Source of the DNA: Burkholderiales bacterium
GTDB taxonomy: Bacteria; Pseudomonadota; Gammaproteobacteria; Burkholderiales; Burkholderiaceae_C
Assembly: GCA_003963075.1 (NCBI GenBank)
Contig: RXJV01000016.1
Coordinates: 140 to 64,139 of the forward strand
Reading direction: 5' to 3'
Length of the DNA stretch: 64,000 bases
Under the pieces are notes generated by a model. The model was not told where the DNA came from and did not search any database. It saw only the letters and a list, made by a program, of their open reading frames with translations. A program made the position numbers and the translations under genes. This document shows, piece after piece, positions 29,165-39,627 of the stretch (the stretch's first letter is position 1; every line of letters starts with the position of its first letter).

Positions 29165-30659
29165 GCCCCCTCTGTGCCGCCAGCGGCAAGCTCAACACAA
29201 CCGCAAGCCCACCGAGCGCCGACGCCTCGGCGTGCAGCCGACCGCCGTGGGCCGATGCGATCGCCCTGGCAATGGCCAGACCCAGGCCCGAGCCACCAAA
29301 CGCACGGCTGCGCGAAGGATCGGCACGGTACAGCGGATCGAACAACCGACCGAGATCCGCGGCGGGCACGCCGGGCGGGCTGTCGTCGACCCGAATCTGA
29401 ATCGCCGCGCCCACAGCATGGGCCGACACCTGCACCCGTCCCGGCGCCTCGGTATAGCGCAGGCTGTTCTCAAGCAGATTGGCCAGCAGCTGCGCGATCC
29501 GCTCCGCATCCCAGCAGGCGGTGGGCAGCATCGGCGGCAGTGCCGCGTCGACCACCAGGCCGAGCGCCTGGGCTCGCGGCGCCACGCGCTCGATGGCCGT
29601 TTGCAGCAGCGCCACCGGCATGACCGGCTCGAACACGCACGGCAGCGCACGCAGCTCCGAGGTGGCCAACAGATGAAAGTCGTCCACCAGCCGCGACAGC
29701 CGCCTCACCTCCTCCTGCAGCGACGCCAGCGCGGCCGGCCCCAGCGGCCTCAGGCCGTCGGCCAAGGCCTCCAGTTCGCCGCGCAGCACCGCCAGCGGCG
29801 TGCGCAGTTCATGCGACAGCTCCGCAATCCAGCGTTGCCGGCTGGTCTCCAGGGTCGACAGCGCCTGCGCCATCGCATTGATGTCGGCATGCAGGGCCGC
29901 GATCTCGCTTGCACCGCCCTCGCGCGGCTGGGGCAGTCGCACACCGAACTCACCGGCGGCGATCCGGCGCGCCGCCGCTTGAGCCTGCGCCAAGGGCTGC
30001 GCCCACCGCCCAGCCATCAACCGTGCCAGCACCAGCGCGGCAACGAGCACACCGCCCGCAACCAGCGCCAGCCCGGTGTACTGCCGGCGCAGGAAGCTGG
30101 CATCCACGCCCTCGGCCGGCCCGGCGCGCTCGGCAAGGCGCAAGACGCCCAAGGTCTTCCCATTGAGCTTGACCGCGCGGGTCTGGCCCGGGCGGTTCAG
30201 GGTTTCGCGTCGCCCGGCCAGCGGCGTGACGCCGTCTGCCGCCAGCAGCACGATGCGCTGGCCGATCTGGGCCGGATCGCGCGGCGGTGGCGGCGGCGGA
30301 CCCTGCCGGCCCTCGGGCGGCGGTGGCCGATCGTCGCCACCCGCACCGCGAACACCGGGCGGCGGCCCGTCGGCGGGTCCTGCGAAGCGACGTTCGCCCT
30401 GCGGACCACGCCCGTCCACCACCCGTGCCGATTCCAGCCAGCCACGCAGCACCGGCCGCCAGTCGTCCGGAGCGCCGCCGCGCTGCGCCAGGTCGCGCTC
30501 CGCGACCTCCATCAGCCGCGTCAGCTGCTCGCCGTCCAGGGCCTGCAGATAGTCCGAAAAGCCGGCCCGCAGATTCCATCCGACGAGGCCGGCCACGGCG
30601 GCGACCGCCGCGAGTGCAACGGCAGCGAAAAGCAGTGAGAGCTGATGGACCAGGCGCAT
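29154..30659 (-). CDS. BaeS-like sensor histidine kinase (TM-periplasmic-TM-HAMP-HisKA-HATPase)
   Basis: ELSHELRTPLAVL, NLLENSLRYT, DDSPPGV, GGSGLGLAI; Pro/Gly-rich periplasmic loop. Confidence 0.92.
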   Translation of the reverse strand: MRLVHQLSLLFAAVALAAVAAVAGLVGWNLRAGFSDYLQALDGEQLTRLMEVAERDLAQRGGAPDDWRPVLRGWLESARVVDGRGPQGERRFAGPADGPPPGVRGAGGDDRPPPPEGRQGPPPPPPRDPAQIGQRIVLLAADGVTPLAGRRETLNRPGQTRAVKLNGKTLGVLRLAERAGPAEGVDASFLRRQYTGLALVAGGVLVAALVLARLMAGRWAQPLAQAQAAARRIAAGEFGVRLPQPREGGASEIAALHADINAMAQALSTLETSRQRWIAELSHELRTPLAVLRGELEALADGLRPLGPAALASLQEEVRRLSRLVDDFHLLATSELRALPCVFEPVMPVALLQTAIERVAPRAQALGLVVDAALPPMLPTACWDAERIAQLLANLLENSLRYTEAPGRVQVSAHAVGAAIQIRVDDSPPGVPAADLGRLFDPLYRADPSRSRAFGGSGLGLAIARAIASAHGGRLHAEASALGGLAVVLSLPLAAQRGRDD

Positions 30660-30762
30660 GCCCGCATCTTGCCGTGCAACTGTGGAGACGCCCTCCACAG
30701 TTCCTCCATCCTCGCCGCATGGTTGCCGCCGATGCTGCCGGCGTCATTCAGAGGAGACCGCC

Positions 30763-32016
30763 ATGAGCATTCCACGCACCCCAACCGCACTGCTGCTGAT
30801 CTGCCTGCTCAGCGCATGCGGCGGCGGTGGCGGCAGCGACACCGCAGGCACCGGCAGCCGCACGGGCACAACGGCCGCCCCTTCCCCCGCACCCGCACCC
30901 GCGCCGGCTCCAGCGCCGGCGCCCGCACCGACACCGACGCTGGCCCAGGTCGGCGACCGCCTGTTTGACGAGACCACCCTGTCTGCCAGCGGCAAGCTCG
31001 CCTGCGCCAGCTGCCATGTCGAAACCCGCGGCCATGCCGACGCCCAGGGCAGCTTCCTGCCCCTCGGCGGCGCCGACGGCAGCCGCCAGGGTCTGCGCAG
31101 CTCGCCCAGCACCCGCTACCTCGACCAGGCCGGCGCCTTCGGCTTCGATGCCCAGGGCCGGCCGCACGGCGGCCTGTTCTGGGACGGCCGGGCCAACAAC
31201 CGCACCGAGCAGGCCCGGGGCCCGCTGTTCAACCCGGACGAAATGGCCAACACCGACACGGCCGCGCTGGCCGCGCGGCTGCGGGCCCTGCCCTATGCCG
31301 CCGACCTGCGCGCCGCGGCCGGACTGCAGGCCGCCGCGACCGACGCGCAGCTGGTCGACGCCGCCATCAGCGCGCTGGTGCGCTACCAGACCGACGACAG
31401 CAAATTCCATCCCTTCACGAGCAAGTTCGACGCCGTGGAGGACGGCCGTGCCAGCTTCACCGCCCAGGAGCAGCGTGGCCTGGCCGCCTTCAACGACCCG
31501 CAGCGCGGCAACTGCGCCAGCTGCCACGACAGCCGGCCCGCGCCGGGCCTGGGTCGGGCCCTGTTCACCAACTTCAGCTACCACGCCCTCGGCGTGCCGC
31601 GCAACACCAGCCAGGCCACCGCCAACCCGGCCTTCTTCGACCTCGGCCTCTGCGGCCCGCAGCGCAGCGACCTGGCCGGCCGGAGCGACCTCTGTGGCCT
31701 GTTCCGCACACCGTCGCTGCGCAATGTGGCCCTGACCGCGCCGTACTTCCACAACGCCAGCTTCGCCACGCTCGAAGACGTCGTGAGCTTCTACGCCACG
31801 CGCGACACCAACCCCGCCCGCTGGTACCCGACGGTCAACGGCCAGGTCCAGCTCTACAACGACCTGCCGGCCGCCTACCGCGGCAACCTGCAGCGCGGCG
31901 CTCCGTTCGTGCGTGCCGGCCAGGCGCCGCAGCTCTCACCGCAGGACGTGGCCGACATCGTGGCCTTCCTGAAGACGCTGACCGACGGCTTCGGCACGAC
32001 CCAGCCCGCCCGTTGA
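30763..32016 (+). CDS. Diheme cytochrome c peroxidase/MauG-superfamily lipoprotein
   Basis: Lipobox LSAC, AP linker, two CASCH heme motifs, GLFWDGRA, FRTPSLRNVALTAPYFHN; GAGGAG RBS. Confidence 0.92.
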   Translation: MSIPRTPTALLLICLLSACGGGGGSDTAGTGSRTGTTAAPSPAPAPAPAPAPAPAPTPTLAQVGDRLFDETTLSASGKLACASCHVETRGHADAQGSFLPLGGADGSRQGLRSSPSTRYLDQAGAFGFDAQGRPHGGLFWDGRANNRTEQARGPLFNPDEMANTDTAALAARLRALPYAADLRAAAGLQAAATDAQLVDAAISALVRYQTDDSKFHPFTSKFDAVEDGRASFTAQEQRGLAAFNDPQRGNCASCHDSRPAPGLGRALFTNFSYHALGVPRNTSQATANPAFFDLGLCGPQRSDLAGRSDLCGLFRTPSLRNVALTAPYFHNASFATLEDVVSFYATRDTNPARWYPTVNGQVQLYNDLPAAYRGNLQRGAPFVRAGQAPQLSPQDVADIVAFLKTLTDGFGTTQPAR

Positions 32017-32065
32017 CGAGGGCTTCACCGGCTCCGATCCGCAGAAGAAACTGATAGAGTCATGA

Positions 32066-32086
32066 AGAGGTAATTTGGTTACCTCT
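32066..32086. promoter_or_regulatory. Palindromic operator upstream of ppc (HexR-like)
   Basis: AGAGGTAA-TTTGG-TTACCTCT; core GGTAAT-N3-GTTACC resembles the HexR TGTAAT-N3-ATTACA motif. Confidence 0.4.
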
Positions 32087-32117
32087 CCTCTGGCAAATCA
32101 TCTCCGGACGCACCGCC

Positions 32118-34937
<2,820 letters not shown>

Positions 34938-35010
34938 ACCGCTATTGACTGAGCGGCACACGGCGGAGCCCGTTCGCGCCCTATCGACGCTCCCTCGAAG
35001 CCGGTGCGGT

Positions 35011-36207
35011 TCAGTGCCCCTGGCGCTGCGACAACAGGGACAGGGCCAGGGCGAGTTCGCCCTTCTCGGCCCGCTCGCGGCTGAAGCCCGTCCATTTCAC
35101 GAGGGACGGACAGTCGAAGCCCATCAAGGCCGAGCCGGATTCGCTGTAGGCCTCCCGCGCCGCCTTCAGCGTCGGCGCGTCGAAGGCCTGTGCCGACTTC
35201 GGCACGCCCATCTGGTCGGCCAGCCTCTGTGCCAGTGATGCCTCCATCAGGTTGCTTGACGCTGCGAGCAGTTGGCGCGCCGCGGCACGGCACGGCGGCA
35301 GCCGCTTTGCGTGCGCCGCGAGCTTGCTGTCACAGGCTCTCATCAGGTTCAAAATGTCCACATTGACCGTCGCGGCGTCGACGCCGATCACCTTGACGAG
35401 CGCTTGGCCACGTGCCGCGATGTCGGGCTCGGTCTCGATGACGGCCGCGAGCTCGGACTCCAGCAACCAAAACCCCCTCGACAGCTTGGTGCGCGCCGCC
35501 ACCCCGGCCAGCGCCGCGTCGATGGCCGCCTCGCCGCCCCGCTGCAGGGCGACGCCGAGCATGCCGATCCAGGGCCGTGCATCGGCGGGGTCCAACTCGG
35601 CCCAGCGTTGAACCGACAGCCCGCGGCACCCGGGCCATTCGGCCAACGTGCGCCCGGGAGCGCAGGCGGTCAACGCCAGTTGATACGCCACCGGATCGGC
35701 ACTGGGCGAGGCCAGCAGCGCCGCTCCGTTGACATCGCCCATCATCAACCTCGCCGCCACCTGCTGCCGGTCGCTGCCGGCAGCCAGCCGCGCGGCCATA
35801 CGCGCCAAGGCCGCATCCCCGCGCAGGGTCAGCTGGGCCAGCTCGCCCTGCCAGCTCGCCACGCTGCCAGGATTCTCAGACGCGCGGCGGATCTCGTCGG
35901 CAGAGACACGGCCCATGCCGCAGATCTCAAAGCCTTCCGGCGGAATGCGTTCACCCGCAATGACGATTTCCGACCTGGACGATGGCGTGTCGACCACCGA
36001 GCCACCGGCCGCAGCACTGGCCACCGCGCTCGCCGCCGGGCCAGTTGGCGCGCCGTTTTGCGATGAGGCCGCGGCAGCGCCCGGTGCCAACCCTCGCGCC
36101 GCTTCACCCGGCGATGACGCCGGCCGCAGCCCCTGCCACCCCAACACGACCACCAGACCCAGCAGCCCGACCACCAGCCACCGACGCTTCAGCCAGCGAC
36201 GTCCCAT
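35011..36207 (-). CDS. Hypothetical exported/membrane-anchored protein with several Cys
   Basis: Basic N-terminus plus one TM segment, Ala/Pro/Ser linker, helical domain; TGATG overlap with the LytTR gene. Confidence 0.65.
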   Translation of the reverse strand: MGRRWLKRRWLVVGLLGLVVVLGWQGLRPASSPGEAARGLAPGAAAASSQNGAPTGPAASAVASAAAGGSVVDTPSSRSEIVIAGERIPPEGFEICGMGRVSADEIRRASENPGSVASWQGELAQLTLRGDAALARMAARLAAGSDRQQVAARLMMGDVNGAALLASPSADPVAYQLALTACAPGRTLAEWPGCRGLSVQRWAELDPADARPWIGMLGVALQRGGEAAIDAALAGVAARTKLSRGFWLLESELAAVIETEPDIAARGQALVKVIGVDAATVNVDILNLMRACDSKLAAHAKRLPPCRAAARQLLAASSNLMEASLAQRLADQMGVPKSAQAFDAPTLKAAREAYSESGSALMGFDCPSLVKWTGFSRERAEKGELALALSLLSQRQGH

Positions 36208-37043
36208 CAGCCGCGCACCCCCGCCAGCGCCTCCCGCACCGCTGCCACCTGCCGGCGCGACACGGCCAGCCATTCGTCCACATGCACGACGCGCACCGCC
36301 CAGCTGTCGGCCACCTCGGCGTTGGGGTCAGTGGCATCGAGTTCGCCAAAGCTGGTCGGCGCATGCCGCTCCAGCTCGCGCACGGCCCAGCGGGCCACCA
36401 GCGCGTTGCGGTGGATGCGCAGGAAGCGGTCGCCCCAGCGCTGCTCCAGGTCGGACAGCGCGCCGTCCATCACATGGCTTTCGCTGGCGGTGCGCAGCGT
36501 CACGTACTTGAGCTCGGCCTTGAAGTACAGCACCTCGGCCACCGTCACGCGCTTGAGCCGGCCACGGTCGGTGATGGTGATGAAGTCGGCGTCCGGCGCG
36601 GCCGCGCCATCGCTGGCAGTGGCGGGTTGGTGGGCCTGCACCGCGGCCCGCTCGGCCAGCCGTTGGGCCGCGCGCGCCAGTGCCGCCTGCAGCCGCTCAC
36701 GGCGCACCGGCTTGGTCAGGTAGTCCAGCGCATCGAGCTCGAAGGCGCGCAGTGCATGCATGGCATGCGCGGTGACAAACACGATCAGCGGCACCGCCTG
36801 GCCGGCGGCGACGCGCTGGCCCAGGCCATCGGCCAGCTGCAGGCCATCGGCGCCGGGCAACTGCACATCGAGCAGCACCACATCGCAACTGTGCTCGCGC
36901 AGCCAGGTGGCCGCCTGCGAACCCGTGGCGGCCTCCGCCACCACTTCGCAGCGCGGTTCGGCGATCGCCTCGACCAACCCGCGCAGCCGCAGCCGCGCCA
37001 GGGATTCGTCGTCGACGATGAGGATGCGCAGGGCAGGCGTCAT
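36207..37043 (-). CDS. LytTR-family response regulator (AlgR-like)
   Basis: ILIVDDESLARLRL, LLDVQLPG, FELDALDYLTKPV, YFKAELKYVTL, FLRIHRNALV, VSRR. Confidence 0.93.
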   Translation of the reverse strand: MTPALRILIVDDESLARLRLRGLVEAIAEPRCEVVAEAATGSQAATWLREHSCDVVLLDVQLPGADGLQLADGLGQRVAAGQAVPLIVFVTAHAMHALRAFELDALDYLTKPVRRERLQAALARAAQRLAERAAVQAHQPATASDGAAAPDADFITITDRGRLKRVTVAEVLYFKAELKYVTLRTASESHVMDGALSDLEQRWGDRFLRIHRNALVARWAVRELERHAPTSFGELDATDPNAEVADSWAVRVVHVDEWLAVSRRQVAAVREALAGVRG

Positions 37044-38158
37044 AACGGCAACAGCATACGCAAGGCGAACCGGGTCTGGCTGGATTCGACCTCAAACTGG
37101 GCCGCCACATCGTGCATCAAGCGCAGGCGCTGCCGCACATTGCGCAGGGCCAGGCCGTGGCCCTGAGTGCGCGCCGGTGCACCCACGCTGTTGACGATGC
37201 GGATCTCCACCTCCGAGCCCTGGCGGGAGGTGGTCACCACCAGCTCGCCGCCCTCGTCGTTTGGCTCCACGCCATGGCGCACGGCGTTCTCGACCAGCGG
37301 CTGCAGCAGCAGCGGCGGCAGCCGCGCCGGGTCCGCGGCCGGGTCCAGGTGCCAGACCACGCGCAGCCGCTTGCCAAAGCGGATCTGCTCGATCGCCAGG
37401 TAGCGCTTGGCCAACTCGACCTCCTCGGCCAGCGAGACGGAGGCGCTGGAATCGGCCAGGGCCACGCGGAACAGTTCGGCCAGGTCTTCCAGCACGCCCT
37501 CGGCGCGGGTCGGGTCGACCCGCACCAGCGCGATGGCGCTGTTCAGCGTGTTGAACAGGAAATGCGGGCGGATGCGCGACTGCAGCTCGACCAGCTGCGC
37601 CAAGGCGTCCGCCGGGCGCTGGCTGTGCTCGCGCAGCTTCAGCCAGGCCAGCAGCATGACCGCACCGCTGGCTCCCACCGCCGCCATGCTGCCCCAGCGC
37701 CAGGCCGAGGCCGGTTCCTCGAAGGTCAGGTTCAGCAGCGCGAAGCCCAGCAGCGATGCGATGGCGCCGAGCAGCGTCAGGACGCCCCACTGCGCGGCCT
37801 CGGGCAGCCGAGGCCACAGGCGCTTGGCCGCGCAGACGACGAGCAGCCAGGACAGCACCGCAAACATCGTGACCACGGTGCCGCTGGCCGTCAGCGTCAG
37901 CCATTGCGAGCCGTCTCGCGCGACAACCGCGGCGCCCAGGGCCAGCAGCAATTGCACGCCCAGCACCGCGCGCAACACCAGGCCGACGTGGCAGACGTCG
38001 AAGGCCCGTGTCGGGTCCAGCAGCGGTGGTGAGCTCAGTTCGGGCAGTTCGGGCAGCTCGGTCGGCGCAAACCCCAGCCACTGGCTGACCTGATGCGAGT
38101 CATGCCAGACGCTGTGGCGGGGCGCGGGCCGGCGGCGCTTGAGGAAGGACAGGAGCAT
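37040..38158 (-). CDS. LytS/AlgZ(FimS)-like sensor histidine kinase
   Basis: Several TM segments, [41 protein letters not shown]; start uncertain. Confidence 0.9.
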   Translation of the reverse strand: MLLSFLKRRRPAPRHSVWHDSHQVSQWLGFAPTELPELPELSSPPLLDPTRAFDVCHVGLVLRAVLGVQLLLALGAAVVARDGSQWLTLTASGTVVTMFAVLSWLLVVCAAKRLWPRLPEAAQWGVLTLLGAIASLLGFALLNLTFEEPASAWRWGSMAAVGASGAVMLLAWLKLREHSQRPADALAQLVELQSRIRPHFLFNTLNSAIALVRVDPTRAEGVLEDLAELFRVALADSSASVSLAEEVELAKRYLAIEQIRFGKRLRVVWHLDPAADPARLPPLLLQPLVENAVRHGVEPNDEGGELVVTTSRQGSEVEIRIVNSVGAPARTQGHGLALRNVRQRLRLMHDVAAQFEVESSQTRFALRMLLPL

Positions 38159-38228
38159 GGGCAGAGAGCGGCACTCGATAATGACGCGCTGCGGCGCATT
38201 GTGCGCGCCGAGATCCGACGCTCACGCC

Positions 38229-39626
38229 ATGTCCGACAACCAACTCGCCAACAAATCCCACGCCTGGTCCGCCCTGTTCTCCGAGCCGATGAGCGATCTC
38301 GTCAAGCGCTACACGGCCAGCGTGGGCTTCGACCAGCGCCTGTGGCGCGCGGACATCACCGGCAGCCTGGCCCATGCCGAGATGCTGGCGGCGCAGGGCA
38401 TCCTCAGCGCCGAAGACCATGCCGCCATCCAGCGCGGCCTGGGCGAGATCGCCGCCGAGATCGAGGCCGGCCGGTTCGACTGGAAGCTGGACCTGGAGGA
38501 CGTTCACCTCAACATCGAGGCTCGCCTGACCGAGCGCGTGGGCATCGCCGGCAAGCGCCTGCACACAGGCCGCAGCCGCAACGACCAGGTCGCTACCGAC
38601 GTGCGCCTGTGGCTGCGCGGCGAGATCGACGAGATCCACGGTCTGCTGACGGCGCTGCAGCGCGTGCTGGTGGACCAGGCCGAGCGGCATGCCGAGGTCA
38701 TCCTGCCCGGCTTCACCCATCTGCAGGTGGCCCAGCCGGTCAGCTTCGGCCACCACCTGCTGGCCTACGTGGAAATGTTCGCCCGCGACGCCGAACGCCT
38801 GCTGGACACGCGCAAGCGCGTGAACCGCCTGCCGCTGGGCGCCGCCGCGCTGGCCGGCACCAGCTACCCGCTGGACCGCGAGCGCGTGGCCCGCACGCTG
38901 GGCATGGAGGGCGTCTGCCAGAACAGCCTGGACGCCGTCAGCGACCGCGACTTCGCGATCGAGTTCTCGGCCGCAGCCTCGCTCGTGATGCTGCACATCT
39001 CGCGGCTGTCCGAGGAGCTGATCCTGTGGATGAGCCAGAACTTCGGCTTCATCGCGCTGCCCGATGCCTTCTGCACCGGCTCGTCGATCATGCCGCAGAA
39101 GAAGAACCCCGACGTGCCCGAGCTAGCACGCGGCAAGGCGGGCCGCGTGGTGGGGCACTTGGTCGGCCTGGTCACGCTGATGAAGGGCCAGCCCCTGGCC
39201 TACAACAAGGACAACCAGGAGGACAAGGAGCCCTTGTTCGACACGGTCGACACCTTGAAGGACACGCTGCGCATCTTTGCCGACATGCTGGCCGGCCTGA
39301 CCGTGAGACCAGAGGCCATGCGCGCCGCGGCGCTCAAGGGCCATGCCACGGCGACCGACCTGGCCGACTACCTGGTCAAGCAGGGCCTGCCCTTCCGTGA
39401 TGCCCACGAGGTGGTGGCCCACGCGGTCAAGACGGCAACGACGAAGGGCGTGGACCTGGCCGCGCTGTCTCTGGACGAGCTCAAGGCCTTCGATGCCCGC
39501 ATCGAGGCCGACGTGTTCGAGGTGCTGTCGCTGGAAGGCTCGCTCAACGCCCGCAAGGTGCTGGGCGGTACCGCACCGGCCCAGGTGCGCGCGCAGGTGG
39601 CGCGGCACCGGGCAAGGTTGGCTTGA
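38229..39626 (+). CDS. argH: Argininosuccinate lyase
   Basis: [40 protein letters not shown]. Confidence 0.99.
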   Translation: MSDNQLANKSHAWSALFSEPMSDLVKRYTASVGFDQRLWRADITGSLAHAEMLAAQGILSAEDHAAIQRGLGEIAAEIEAGRFDWKLDLEDVHLNIEARLTERVGIAGKRLHTGRSRNDQVATDVRLWLRGEIDEIHGLLTALQRVLVDQAERHAEVILPGFTHLQVAQPVSFGHHLLAYVEMFARDAERLLDTRKRVNRLPLGAAALAGTSYPLDRERVARTLGMEGVCQNSLDAVSDRDFAIEFSAAASLVMLHISRLSEELILWMSQNFGFIALPDAFCTGSSIMPQKKNPDVPELARGKAGRVVGHLVGLVTLMKGQPLAYNKDNQEDKEPLFDTVDTLKDTLRIFADMLAGLTVRPEAMRAAALKGHATATDLADYLVKQGLPFRDAHEVVAHAVKTATTKGVDLAALSLDELKAFDARIEADVFEVLSLEGSLNARKVLGGTAPAQVRAQVARHRARLA

Positions 39627-39627
39627 G

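Noticed and set aside
30886-30936. Tandem GCACCC/GCGCCG repeats
   Set aside because: Simply encode the Ala-Pro linker of the lipoprotein; not a CRISPR or VNTR
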